NCBI RefSeq assembly: GCF_963921235.1
Contig: NC_086108.1
Span: 78,122,001 to 78,186,000 of the forward strand
Length of the DNA stretch: 64,000 nt
Direction of reading: 5' to 3'
From: Mobula hypostoma
Lineage: Eukaryota
Made by a program: the position numbers and the translations under genes. Below the pieces are notes generated by a model that was not told the origin of the DNA, did not search any database, and saw only the letters and a program-made list of their open reading frames with translations. Below are positions 13,144-26,619 of the stretch, in pieces (within the stretch, counting starts at the first letter, position 1; the number at the start of each line of letters is the position of its first letter).

Positions 13144-13526
13144 GATGAGAGGTGACCTGATAGAGGTGTATAAGATGATGAGAGGCATTGATTGTGTGGA
13201 TAGTCAGAGGCTTTTTCCCAGGGCTGAAATGGTTGCCACAAGAGGACACCGGTTTAAGGTGCTAAGGTGCTGGGGAGTAGGTACAGAGGAGATGTCAGGG
13301 GTAAGTTTTTTTTTTCGCAGAGAGTGATGAGTGTGTGGAATGGGCTGCCAGCAATGGTGGTGGAGGCGGATACAATAGGGTCTTTTAAGAGACTTTTGGA
13401 TAGGTAGATGGAGCTTAGAAAAATAGAGGGCTATGGGTAACCCTAGTAATTTCTAAGGTGGGGACATGTTGAACACAACTTTGTGGGCCGAAGGGCCTGT
13501 ATTGTGCTGTAGGTTTTCTGTTTCTA
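13144..13526 (+). mobile_element. CR1 3' end
   Basis: ORF 13145..13327 MRGDLIEVYKMMRGID...TRGH followed by CR1 3' UTR. Confidence 0.9.
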
Positions 13527-13867
13527 AAAAGAGCTATAAAATAGTGCCAAACCAGTTTATTGTGGGCACGCTACATTAGCATCAGAATGTGCGGCGGCAT
13601 TTGTGGGCTGCTCCCAGGCTGCACGTGGGTGTGTTGGTTAACACAAATAACACATTTCACTGTATGTTGTGATGTACGTGTGATAAATAAATTTGAATCT
13701 TGATCTAATTATCATAGGGTTATATCAAATTGGATGACTAGAAGGGGCAGTAAAACTGACATTCCCAAAATCTCTCTGCAAACTTACTAGTTGCAGTCAG
13801 TTAGCTGCAGCTCGTTCTGCTACTTGGAGGCTTTTACATATTATGAGTTCACCTTTGGGCATCTATG

Positions 13868-16480
13868 GTATTATAATAATACTGTAACTTGGAGCACTTT
13901 TCATGAAGATGGCGAAGTTGAAAGTGCTTTACAATGGGATAAAATGAAATCATGAAAATAAAAGGTAAAAAAAAAAGATGTTAGTTAAAAGCAAAGTGAA
14001 ATAAACAGGTTTTGAGCTGTCTTTTAAAAGTGTCGATTGTGTCTGCGTCTTTTATAGCTTTAGGTATTGAATACCACAGTTTAGAAGAGTTGTTCAAAAA
14101 AAAAGCTGATCTGCCAATTATCTTTTGAGGGAGATGGTTCAAATTTAAGAGACTGATGGAAGAAGACCTGAGAGCTCGAGCAGGATTATGAAATGAAAAC
14201 AATTCTGTGATGTGCTCTGGTCCCAGATCATTGAGAGCTTTAAAAATAACTAATAGAACTTTAAAATCAATTTTAAAAGATACAGTAAGCCAATGTAAAT
14301 TAGCTAATATTGGAGTGATATGCTCACTCATCCTGATTTTGGTTAAATGTTTTGCAATAGCATTCTGAGTTAGGGTTTGTCAATAGATTATCTTGGAAGG
14401 CCAGTAAAAGGTGCTTTGCAGTAATCTAGTCTATTTGATATACAGGTGTAGTTTAGTTTTTCAGCATCAGTACATGACGGACGTACCTTTGCAATACTAT
14501 TTAATTGTAGAAAAGCTGCTCTGTCACTTTGAGGGATTTAAAATTCAATCTGAATCAAGGATAACACCCAAGCTATTTACTTCTGATTTTACAAGGGGAG
14601 CCAAGTTCCCAAGTTTATCAAGAAGTTTATTTCTTTTGGCTTTGGGATCAAGTGTTTCAGTTTTATCTTCATTTAGTTTTAGGGAATTATTGCTCATCCA
14701 TTTGTTTATTGCAGCCATACCAGAAGTCAGAAGATGGGGTGTTCTCATCATTAAACTCAACTGAGATATACATGTGTGTTATCTGCATATCTGTGGAATC
14801 ACATCAAGTTTATGCTCTCTAAATGATGTCTCCTAAGGGGAGCATAAATAAAGAGAAGAGTAGAGGACCAAGACCAACACCAAAAGTTACATCATATCTC
14901 TTAGAAACTTGGTCTCCAAGCCAGACAAAAAATTTTCTCTAAGGTACACAAAACACAGCCCCAATAGGCTGGTCCTGGACTTATTTCCTGGCATGATTTA
15001 CATATTGCTATTTAATTATTTATGGTTTATTACTATTTATGATGCAACTGTAACAAAAACCAATTTCCCCTGGGATCAATAAAGTATGACTATGTATATG
15101 GGCGAAACCATTTAAGGACACTCCAGAAAGGACAACCCAGTTCTCAAAGTGATTGAGGAGAATGTTGAGGCCAATTGTGTTGAAGGCAGCACTTAGACCT
15201 TTGAGAATTAGAACTGAGACCCTGTTGGCATGATTTTGAGCCTAAGATCACTGACAATTTTGGTAAGAGCTGTGGCAACCTTTGGTAACCTTTGTGCTGA
15301 GGTTTGCTCTAAAACCTGACTGAAACTTTTCTAGAATTTTGTTTTCATTCAGAAATTTGTCAAGTTGGTTGAAAATTATTTTTCTCAAGAATTTTGCGCT
15401 GGGAGGGAAGATTTGATATAGGCCTGTAGTTAAGTAGTACCTCACTATTTAAACTTGGCTTTTTAAACAGGAGTTTAACAACTGAATTTTGAAAGCATCT
15501 GGAAAAACCACAGTTTCAATGGATATGTTAGTAATTTTCCTTACGGAATTGAAGATCTTATTAAAAGAATCCTTTAAAAATGTGGTAAGGACTGGGTCGG
15601 GACAGCAACTAGACAGTTACTCTTTGTCACAATTTTAGAGTTCTGAATCAGAAATACTTGTAAGTTTTGACACGGTTGCCATCTTTTTGAGGTTTCCTAT
15701 AGAGGTTATGAGTATCTGTAGCTATACTCTTCCTGGAAGTTTTTTTTTTGAGAAAAAATTTGCAAATTCCCTGCATCTGTGGCAGATGCTTGACTGAGGA
15801 CATTATAGGTTGGGGCAGAGTTCAACAGTTGGTTTATAGTTGAGAACAATGTTCTTGAATTCCCTGCTATTCCCCGTAATAATCTTGGAAAAATGGGCTG
15901 TTCTTGAAGAGTGTATAGCAGCATCAAAAGAGGCTAGATTTTCCTTGAAAATATTATGGTGGATTTCGAGCCCAATTTTCCTCCAAGAGCAGTATGAGCT
16001 CTTGACCTGCAAACAGAATTGTTTAACCATGGTGATAATTTACTCAGTGACTTCTTTTTAATCCTAGGTGGGGCCACTGTATTTAAAATATTTGTCAAGT
16101 TATTGCTGAAAGAATCAACTCTTTTATTTACTGAGCGGTTTCCATCACATGGGTCAGATAAACTAACGAGCTCAGAATTTAACTTGTGTTGCAGCATCAA
16201 AATACTGGTTGTTGGCTGTAATTTTTTTGCGGTTTTGTGTACAGGCTGGAGGGCATCACAAAGTTCACAAAAATGATCAGAGATAATGATATCAGACAGA
16301 TGTACATTAATAATATTTAACTCTTTTGCCATTACTAAGTCAAGTGCATTTCCAAGTCAATGGGTGGTTTCAGTGACATGCTGGGCAAGATCTAGGCTGT
16401 CTAGTAAGTTCATAAATTCAGCTGCCTTGGAGTTCATGTTTGAGAGATAATTAGTATGAATATTGAAATCACCAGAAAAT
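13868..16480 (-). mobile_element. L2-type LINE ORF2 (APE + RT), degraded
   Basis: GDFNIH and ISDH APE motifs; FQSGFR; WMSNNSLKLNEDKTE; HITPILANLHWL...FKRQLKTCLF..AF; 3' stem-loop gcacttt/aaagtgc near 13890-13930. Confidence 0.85.
14950..15093 (+). mobile_element. Short LINE 3'-UTR fragment (Rex1-like) nested in the L2
   Basis: Interrupts the L2 RT; ends aatttcccctgggatcaataaagtatgactatg. Confidence 0.55.
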
Positions 16481-16654
16481 ATAGGCAGATAGGGAGCAAG
16501 AGCAGCAGCAGAGGTAATTAAGCGTAGTCTGCCATTCAGTCAGATTATGGTTGATCTCACTCTGACTTCACTCTCCCACTCATTCCCTGCATCGTGGATT
16601 CCAAAAAACTGTTAATTTCAGCTTTGAATATAATCAACAACTAAACGTATGGGG

Positions 16655-17192
16655 ACAATAGAGACTATGGATACTAAGATCTGGCGCAAAACGCAAACTG
16701 CTGGAGGAACTGAACAAAGAAATGGGAGGAATTCAGTGAGTCAGGTAGTAACTATGGACAGAAGTGAATAATCAACTTTTGAGGATAAGACCTTTCAACA
16801 GGACTGGAAAGAGGGGAGATGGCCAGTATAAAATGGCAGAGGGAAGAGGGTGGAGCAAGAGCTGGCAGACTGTAATAGGTGGATCCAGGTAATGGTTGTG
16901 ATAGGTATATGAGCGAGGGAGGAGAGCAGAAATGATGTGAGAAGCTGGTGATGGGTGGAAATGATAAAGGGCTGAAGAAGATAGAATGTGTTAGGAGAGG
17001 ATGTAGACTAGGGTATAAAGGGAGGGAACCAGTGGGAAGAGTGTGTGAGTGGTGGGCAGATAGTGAGGGTGGAGGGGGGTAAAGTTTGATGGAGGGTAAC
17101 TGGATCAGGAGAGAAAAAGGTAGTGGAGGTGGGAAGAGTGGGAGGGAAAGGACAAAGCAATTACCAGAAGGTAGAGAAATTGATGTTCAAGA
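16655..17192 (-). mobile_element. Older Penelope-like 3' fragment
   Basis: ctgctggaggaactg terminus, purine-rich body, end of GIY-YIG ORF (aggtagagaaattgatgttca); hammerhead motif decayed. Confidence 0.7.
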
Positions 17193-17357
17193 ACTCACTT
17201 TCATATTAAGAACTATTGTTTCACCAAGTGAAATAAGAGATTTAATTTGCTGCCTTAATGTGAAGTTGGGACAAATTGGCAATGATCTGTCCTGACCCGA
17301 ATTCAAACAAATGGCAAAAGAGCAGGCTTGCCATTGCTTTTGAATGTACTTCCGCAT

Positions 17358-17860
17358 TATTGAGTGAATTGGTAAGCTTGGTAAATGAGCTTATTGTCAC
17401 GTGTACTGAGGTGCAGTGAAGAACCTGTTTTACGTACAGTTCCTACAGATAAAATCATTAAACTACATTGAAGTGGTACAAGATAAAACAGTGATAGAGT
17501 GCAAAATAGTGTTACAGTTATGGTGAAAGTGCAGTGCATGTAGACAGTAAGGTGCAAGATCCTAATGAAATTGTTGGTGGTCAAGAGTCTATTTTATCAT
17601 GGTAGAGAACAGTTCAATAGTCCAATAACAGCAGGTCAGTAACTGTCCTTGAGCCTAATGATATGAGCCTTCAGTCTTTCCTGTCTTTTGCCTGATGGCT
17701 GAAGGTGGGAGTTAAGAGAATGTCTGGGGTGGGTGGTGTCTTTGATTGCGCTGGCTGCTTTACTAAGGCAGTGAGAAGTGTAGCTAGTGTCCATGGCAGG
17801 GAGGATGCTTTCTGTAGTGTCCGGAGCTGTGGCTAAAGCTCCCTGGAGTTTCTTACTGCC
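17358..17860 (-). mobile_element. Rex1/Babar LINE 3' fragment
   Basis: 3' UTR and C-terminal coding remnants similar to other Rex copies in the window. Confidence 0.6.
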
Positions 17861-17874
17861 ATGGAAAAGAGACT

Positions 17875-18035
17875 GTAAATGCTGTAATCTTGAGCAAGCA
17901 ACAAATTGCTGGGGAAACTCAGCTGGTCAAACAACATATGTAGAGTCAGAGGGATAGTTGACATTCAAGACCCAAAATATCAACCAACCCTTTGCATTCA
18001 TAGATGCTGACCTCATCCAGAATTTTGCTTTTTGC
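17875..18035. mobile_element. Degraded Penelope-derived mini-element
   Basis: ttgctggggaaactcagc ... tagatgctgacctcatccagaattttg, a fold-back remnant. Confidence 0.5.
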
Positions 18036-20224
18036 ACCATTATTAATGCTCTCTGTTCTCGGGATGATCTCGAAAGCTTTTTCTGTGTTCGTCCTGTCAT
18101 CATCGCCGGAGAGCAGTAAAGTTAGAACTAATGAGCTTCCTGCTTCCTCTTGTGAGCTTTGCACCATCCCCCTGCTGTAGCAGTGAGTTACAGGCTCTGT
18201 TTTCAGGCAGAGAGATGAAACAAATATTCCAAAGAATACTGTTTCTGGCAAATCTCTACCCTGAGCAACAAAAAAATTAGTACAGCTTCAGGGTAGAGGA
18301 GGCTTCCTACATTGAGCTTCAGACAGGAGGGCAAATAATTGCAAGGAAGTGGCAGAGGGGTTGAAAAAGCTATTGCATGAAATGAGGTGGACTTAATTCA
18401 CACATTAATCAACCTTGATCATTGGATTCCTCTTTTAATCAGGGCTCCTTTGAGAGAGAGAAGGTGCAAGACAAATATTACTTCACTAAGGAGAAAGAGC
18501 TGTTTTATTTGCAGTAGATCTGACGATTTAAATTAATTTAATATTTTAAAAATCTTAATTATAACTAATCATCTGAGAAAAGGAGTTGAGAACTTGAGTG
18601 CAGTAGGATCAATGTGAATGCAAGCCCTTTTGTAAGAGTTGTCTTGTATTAAACTAACCCCAGTACTGAGAAAAACCTTCAGTGACCAAGGGGAAGTTTG
18701 TGTCAGCATCAAAGCAGCATTGTTCAGGGCTCCAGGGGTGATGGTGAGAGGTGCTTAGGAATGGCATTTATCAAGAAAGTGCATTGTCCCTCCTGCGTCT
18801 CTTTTTGTGATTACTCAGGGAGTCCCTGACGACTCTGTGTGGTTTCCTCCATGTGATACAAGGCCCTAACCTCCTTAAAAGTCTGTCAGCGTGCAGTTTA
18901 GAAACTTTTTTTTAAGGAAAAGCACTTCAGCCAGATTAAGCGAAGAGTGGGACAGTCAGAAGCAGAGAGAGCATTGTTGGGTGGTGGAGTGTGTGTAAGT
19001 AAGTGCAGTTACTGGGGAGAGCCTTTCTCCATATTTCCAGCATATCATATTCTGTTACTTTCTTGTGAATGTGACAAGTGGACGATTCAGCAACACTTGA
19101 AGGAGCAAAGCGAAAAAATATCATTATGGCATATTGTCCGATTGGGATTTATATCAAGAATCAAGTGTTGAGTGATTTCATGCTTTTTCCCTTCGGAGGC
19201 AGATGTGTGTTCTTTTGGTAGACAACCAAAACCTTTTCCCCCAGCAAGTTTCTTGCCCTCCAAGACTCAAAAAGGTAAAGGCTGTACGCTAAATTCTTCG
19301 CTAGGAATGGGTTTGTTTCCGGTAGGTGAAAATATTCATAACTTTTATTATTATGCTCTCAGCACAGAAGTGTGCCTTTTTTAATCAGACAAAAGGCCTT
19401 TGCAATAAAATTTAGTCTGTTTAATTTTAATTTTTTATTTTCAGAAGTGGTTTTGATAAATCCTCTGATGGCTAGCTTTATTGGTATATGATGGAATAGT
19501 TTATCAAGTTTAAAAAGTTTTCATTTTAACTTTCAAACCAGAAAACTGTAAGAATATTTAAGCTGTGGGCATTTGTAACCATAATCTACCTACTTCTGCT
19601 GACTCTTAATTAGTTGAGGCAATTTTATTTTGAAGTTAATTGCCAATAAGTGATAGTGCGTCTCACATAATAACAGCAAAGGAAATGGAGCAGGATAGTA
19701 TGAGGTGCCTGAAATAAGCTATATCAGATCTCAAGTTTGTTTAAAAGAGAAAGAATGTCTCAGGATTGTTCTTCAGAAGTGTCTAAAGTTTGTATATTTA
19801 ATTAAATACAAGTGAAAAGGGAGAGAATATAACCGAGAAGTCACCATCTTTTTCTGTTTGATCACTAATCCAAGTCTGGCTTGATGTATTTATGAAAAGT
19901 TGTTGGAAGAAATAAGCTGTAAAGACAGACAGCCTGAAGAGGGACAGCAAAAACATTAGTGTTAGATAAATGGAAATAAAATAGTCATTCAAGGCGAGAA
20001 AATTTCTTCCCTGTATTTTTGGGTGAGAAACTACTGTGGAAGGGAGACAAACTTCTGTAAGTGACTTGAATGTTCCCACTCCACCAGAAATGTATTGGTG
20101 GCCAAATTGGCAGTCAGTAACTTTGGAGACTCCGTACATTTGTTCAGAAAGGTTTGTGCCTTGAATGAACTATCAGTGCAAAGGTAGTTCAGTATTCATT
20201 TCTCTTTACGTGAACATGATGTGT

Positions 20225-20550
20225 AAGGATAGTCATAAAAATTAAAGATACTGAAGTATGACATTTGGTGTCTTGTGCCTATTCCACCATTCTGTAAAAC
20301 CACAGCTCTTATCCTGTGGTGCTACTTCTATTCCCTTAATGTTTAAGTATCCATTTATCTTTATCTTGAATATATTCAGAAACCGAGTGCCCATCACCCC
20401 CATGCAATAGCATTCCAAAAATGTACTATTTTCTTGGTCCCTCCCCAACAGATACCTACTTTATCCCCCCTCAAAGAACAATTCCCTCAACCCTCCCTCA
20501 TCCGAGGAAATCAATCTGGTGAACCTTTGTCCAATCATGAGTACATCCTC
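20225..20550 (-). mobile_element. Old CR1 3' end
   Basis: IFKIKINGYLNIKGI (ORF 20242..20448) and CR1 3' UTR. Confidence 0.65.
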
Positions 20551-20554
20551 CTTT

Positions 20555-23316
20555 AGTCTGAGAGCTTGGATACATACATGGAATTACAACATAGTGGCCA
20601 TTACAGAGACTTGGCTGGCACCAGGGCAGGAACGGATTCTCAATATGCCTGGATTTCAGTGCTTTAAGAGGGAATGGGGGGGGGAGGGAAGGAGGGGTGG
20701 CATTACTGGTCAGGGATATTACAGCTACAGAAAGGGTGGGTAATGTAGCACGAACCTCTTTTGAGTCAGTATGGGTGGAAGTCAGGAACAGGAAGGAAGC
20801 AGTTACTCTACTGGGGGTATTCTATAGGCCCCCTGGTAGCAGCAGAGATAGAGGAGCAGATTGGGAGGCAGATTTTTGAAAGGTGCAAAAATAACAGGGT
20901 TATTATCATGGGTGATTTTAACTTCCCTAATATGGATTGGCACCTGATTAGTTCCAAGGGTTTAGATGGGGCAGAGTTTGTTAAGTGTGTCCAGGACGGA
21001 TTCCTGTCACAGTATGTGGACAGGCCGACTAGGGGGAATGCCATACTAGATCTAGTACTAGGTAATGAACCGGGTCAGGTCACAGATCTCTGTGGGTGAG
21101 CATCTGGGGGACAGTGATCACCGCTCCCTGGCCTTTAGCATTATCATGGAAAAGGATAGAATCAGAGAGGACAGGAAAATTTTTAATTGGGGAAGGGCAA
21201 ATTATGAGGCTATAAGGCTAGAACTTGCGGGTGTGAATTGGGATGATGTTTTTGCAGGGAAATGTACTATGGACATGTGGTCGATGTTTAGAGATCTCTT
21301 GCAGGATGTTAGGGATAAATGTGTCCCGGTGAGGAAGATAAAGAATGGTAGAGTGAAGGACAAGTGAGGTGGAAAATCTAGTCGGGTGGAAGAAGGCAGC
21401 ATACATGAGGTTTAGGAAGCAAGGATCAGATGAGTCTATTGAGGAATATAGGGAAGCAAGAAAGGAGCTTAAGGGGCTGAGAAGAACAAGAAGGGGGCGT
21501 AAGAAAGCCTTGGTGAGTAGGGTAAAGGAAAACCCCAAGGCATTCTTCAGTTATGTGAAGAACAAAAGGAAGACAGGAGTGAAGGTAGGACTGATTAGAG
21601 ATAAAGGTGGGAAGATGTGCCTGGAGGCTGTGGAAGTGAACGAGGTCCTCAATGAATACTTCTCTTCACTATTCACCAATGAGAGGGAACTTGATGGTGA
21701 AGACAATATACGTGAGGTTGATGTTCTGGAGCATGTTGATATTAGGGGAGAGGAGGTGTTGGAGTTGTTAAGATACATTAGGATGGTTAAGTCCCCTGGG
21801 CCTGATGGAATATTTCCTAGGCTGCTCCATGAGGCGAGGGAAGAGATTGCTGAGCCTCTGGCTAGGATCTTTACGTCCTCGTTGTCCACGGAAATGGTAC
21901 CAGAGGATTGGAGGGAGGCGAATGTTGTCCCCTTGTTCAAAAAAGGTAGTAGGGATAGTCTGGGTAATTATAGACCAGTGAGCTTTAGATCTGTGGTGGG
22001 AAAGCTGTTGGAAAAGATTCTTGGAGATAGGATCTATGGGCATTTAGAGAATCATGGTCTGATCAGGGACAGTTGGCATGGCTTTGTGAAGGGCAGATTG
22101 TGTCTAACAAGCCTGATAGAGTTCTTTGAGGAGGTGACCAGGCATATAGATGAGGGTAGTGCAGTGGATGTGATCTATATAGATTTTAGTAAGGCATTTG
22201 ACAAGGTTCCACATGGTAGGCTTATTCAGAAAGTCAAAAGGCATGGGATCCAGGGAAGTTTGGCCAGATGGATTCGGAAGTGGCTTGCCTGCAGAAGGCA
22301 GAGGGTGGTGGTGGAGGAAGTACATTCAGATTGGAGGATTGTGACTAGTGGTGTCCCACATGGATCTGTTCTGGGACCTCTACTTTTCATGATTTTTATT
22401 AATGACCTGGATGTGGGGGTAGAGGGATGGGTTAGCAATTTTGCAGACGACCAAGGTTGGTGGTGTTGTAGATAGTGTAGAGGATTGTCAGAGAGACATT
22501 GATAGGATGCAGAAGTGAGCTGAGAAGTGGCAGATGGAGTTCAACCCGGAGAAGTGTGAGGTGGTACACTTTGGAAGGACAAACTCCAAGGCAGAGTACA
22601 AAGTAAATGGCAGGGTACTTGGTAGTGTGGAGGAGCAGAGGGATCTGGGAGTACATGTCCACATATCCCTGAAAGTTGCCTCACAGGTAGATAGGGTAGT
22701 TAAGAAAGCTTATGAGGTGTTAGCTTTCATAAGTTGAGGGACGGAGTTTAAGAGTTGCGAGGTAATGATGCAGCTCTATAAAACTCTGGTTAGGCCACAC
22801 TTGGAGTACTGTGTCCAGTTCTGGTCGCCTCGCTATAGGAAGGATGTGGAAGCACCGGAAAGGGTACAGAGGAGATTTACCAGGATGCTGCCTGGTTTAG
22901 AGAGTATGGATTATGATCAAAGATTAAGTGAGCTAGGGCTTTACTCTTTGGAGAGAAGGAGGATGAGAGGAGACATGATAGAGGTGTACAAGATAATAAG
23001 AGGAATAGATAGAGTGGATAGACAGCGCCTCTTCCCCAGGGCACCACTGCTCAGTAGGAGGACATGGCTTTAAGGTAAGGGGTGGGAAGTTGAAGGGGGA
23101 TATTAGAGGAAGGTTTTTTTTTACTCAGTGTTTGGTGCATGGAATGCACTGCCTTAGTCAGTGGTGGAGGCAAATACACTCGTGAAGTTTAAGAGACTAC
23201 TAGACAGGTATATGTAGGAATTTAAGGTGGGGGGGTATATGGGAGGCAGGGTTTGAGGGTCAGCACAACATTGTGGGCCAAAGGGCCTGTAATGTGCTGT
23301 ACTATTCTATGTTCTA
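20555..23316 (+). mobile_element. CR1 LINE with near-complete but disrupted ORF2 (APE + RT) and 3' tail
   Basis: AITETWL, MGDFNFP, PTRGNAILDLVL, LGDSDH (APE); [39 protein letters not shown] (RT); tail tattctatgttcta; several frameshifts and stops. Confidence 0.95.
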
Positions 23317-23439
23317 GTGAAGTGCCAAAATAGGTTGAGGGATTGGTCAGTCCAGAAGCAGTTGCAAACATTTTAAAGGGATCTTTTACATTACATGGTA
23401 TAAATGCATTCCAATTGGAAAGGGGGAACAATATACAGT

Positions 23440-24845
23440 CAATGCATTCTACATCTTTAACCAAAAATGTAAATGATAGTTTCAAACTTAAAAGAGAAAA
23501 CATAATTGCACAAAGACAGGTGACAGGTCTAAAATAGGTCAAATATAATGCAGCAAAGAAGGACTAAAAGATTATAAGAAATGGAAATTAGAGTATGAGA
23601 CAAAGTTAGCTAAAAATGTGGAAATAGAGTTTCTATAGATTCTTAAAATGGGAAAATAATTAGCAAAGCGATTGTCTTATAGAAGGAGTGCAAAGGATTA
23701 TTGATGGAAATGAAGATGAATTGGACATTACTTTTTATAATAGAGAATACAAGTGACATCCCTGCAATAGAGGAAAATTGAGAATTAGAGGACAGAAATG
23801 CAGTAAAATTATAATTTCCAGAGATGTGCTGTGGGAATCTTGCTGGAATTGTGGATTAACAAGTCTCCAGCTCCTAATGCTCTTCATCTTGGAGTATTAA
23901 AATAAGTGGCTAGCTTGTAAGATAGTTGATATTAGTTTTGATTTTCCAAAATTTCTTTGATTCATTAAAGTTTATATTAGATTGGAAAATAACAAATGGA
24001 ACTCCTTTATTCAAAAGTAAAGTTGGAGAAAGCTGGAAGCTCTAGGCCTGTAAGAAGATATTGCTGAAGAGACAGTATTGAAAAAAGTGAGACAGTCAGC
24101 AAGTCAGTGTATTTTTGTGAAAGGGAAAACATGCTTAACTAACTTATGGACGTTCTTTGAAGAAGTAATATGCTTTGTAGATAAAGATGATTCAGGCATG
24201 TTCTAAGCAGATTCAAAGAAATATTTTGATAAAATCAAAGGAAATGTGAAAATAAAAATTCAAGATATGAGGCAACAAGTTGATGTAGGTTAAGATTGGT
24301 TGACTATCAGAAAGTAGAAGTTAAGCATCATTGTCAAGATGTAATCAGTATTCTGACACAGAGACCTAAACTTTTCAGTCTAAAGAAATGTCCTGGATGA
24401 AGAGGCCAAAGGTAAATTTGCTAAATCTGATGTTATAAAGATAAGTAGGGAAGTAAGTTGTAAGGAGGATGAAAGGAGGCTACCAAAGGACATAGGTTAA
24501 ATGAATGGACAAATGGAGTACAATATGGGAACATGTGAAATTGTCCATTTTGGTAGGAAAAAGAATGAAGAAAGTTATGGTCTTAAAAACTTCAGAATTC
24601 TGAGTTGCAAAGGGATTTTGATGTCCTAGTGCATGATTTGCAAAAAAAAGATTAATATATAGGTACTGCTGATAAATGGGAAAGCTAACAATGTTATTTT
24701 TCATTGTTAGAGGAAATGAATATGAAATAAAAAGCTTATGCTTCAGTTGATGAAACTATGAACAGTAATGGTTTATTTGACAAATACTTGGAATAAATAG
24801 GAAATCATTGGAAAGGTTGGGCTTGTATCCACTGGAGTTGAGGCA
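23440..24845 (+). mobile_element. Highly degraded CR1 ORF2
   Basis: Remnants such as FVKGKTCLTNL..FFEEV (24115-24170) and CEIVHFGRK (24533-24560). Confidence 0.7.
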
Positions 24846-25095
24846 GCTTAATGGCACAGCTTGTAAAGCTACTGCTTCCTGGATCCAACTTGATCTGGTT
24901 CATTCCTGAGCTCAGGCACTGGCTATGTGGAGTTTACTCTGTGACAACATGGGCATTTGCCAACTGCCCTAATTTTCTTGCACATCTCAAAGATGGTAGG
25001 TTAATTGGCCATTATAAATACCAGCTAGGTCTAGGTGATTGATGGAATCTGAAGAGTTGATGGGAATGTGGTGAGATTAAAAAGATGGAATTAGT
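24846..25095 (+). mobile_element. Degraded tRNA-derived SINE
   Basis: A-box/B-box-like head (tggcacagcttgt...ggttcattcctg) and gtggagttt...tgggcatttgc core. Confidence 0.45.
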
Positions 25096-25102
25096 CTAAA
25101 AC

Positions 25103-26170
25103 TGTAGTCTTGTGAAAGTACTCAGACCCAAACCATTTGTTCACATAAATATTACAATCAGGGATTTTGATCAATTTAACTGAATTTTTATTTGTGAATC
25201 ACATGCTCCTTTTTTTTTCCACATTACAGCCCAAACCAGGTAAATTGTAAAGCATGAAAAACTATAATTTCAATAACAAGTGGCAGCAGCTCAAAAGCAT
25301 TCGGCCCCCTTTGCTCAGTACTTTGTTGAACCACCTCTTGCAGCTATTAAAGCCAGTAGTCTTTTTGGATATGTCTGTATCAGCTTTGTGCAAGGTGATG
25401 GGGCAAGATTTTCCCACTTGGAAAATTAGTCAAGCTGTGCCAGATTAGTTGGGAAGTGACAGTGGACAGCAGTCTGAGGTCTTGCTGGAGATGTTCGATC
25501 TGGTTAAGGTCAGGACTCTGACTGGGCCACTCAAATCTTCAAGTTTTTTCATTCAAAACCATTCATGGTTGTTCTGGCAGTGCGCTTTTCATCATTGTCC
25601 TGCTGAAAGATGAACTTTCTCCCCAGTTTAAGCTTTCTGGCAGAGGCTAACAGGTTTTTATCCAGGATTTGTCAGTATTTAGCGGCATTTGTCCTCCCAT
25701 CAATCCTGACCAAATTTCCAGTCCTTGATGCTGAAAAGCATCCCATAGTATGATGTTACCTCCATCATTGTGCCCAAATTTGTGCTTCTGTATTATAATT
25801 TCCCTGACTTGCCTTGAATGCTCTTTTGTCTTCATTTTGGTTTGGTCTGTTGAAAATCTACTATACTGTTGGATCTTACAGGGAGAGATATTTACAGTTG
25901 TTTTATGAAATTTTTGAAAACAGGCAATCCTCCAATTTTCTATATCAACAAATTGGGTGAGTTGGTAAGGTAATACAGGTTATTACCCTACCAACTGAGG
26001 AAAGTTAGGGTCGTAATTACAAAATTGATGAATACTTTGTCAGCCTCACAATTTTTGGTAAATTTTTGACAGATTTTAGAATTTTCCATTTGATTTGACA
26101 TGATGCATGATGTTTTATAGATGAGCTCAAAAATACAATATATCTTAAATTTAGAAAATGAGACAGTAAA
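25103..26170 (-). mobile_element. Internally deleted Tc1-like transposon
   Basis: ORF 25647..25835 MKTKEHSRQVREIIIQKHK fused to [15 protein letters not shown] and WPSQSPDLN..IE motifs on minus at ~25490-25620. Confidence 0.8.
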
Positions 26171-26619
26171 GTGAATGTCATTTTTTTTTGAAATACAAGG
26201 TCTTGAGCCTTAATGCAGAGAAGACATTTCTACTTGTGCAAGAATCTATAACATGAAATTTTGAAAAATAAAGGTAATCTGTTTGAGGGAAATGGGGTGA
26301 ATGCTTTTCTCACAGGAAATTGTGAGTCTCTGAGCTCTGTTTCTCAAAAGCAGGGCTAGATAGATTGAGTTGACAAGGTGGATAGGGTGGAAGATTATAC
26401 AGAATAGCCAGGAATTACAAAATTTCATCAGAAAAGCCATGATCTTAAATACTGGAGCAGGCATGAAGGCTGGGTGACTTGCTCTGATCCTAAATGTTTT
26501 ATTCATTTGTGTGTTCAGAGGAAAACCAGAAATATAAATCATATTGCAGGTGTTTTTAAACCAAGGCCCTGTTTTGTTGCAGTAAGATGACTTTGCTCTT
26601 GTGCTCAAAATCATCTTCT

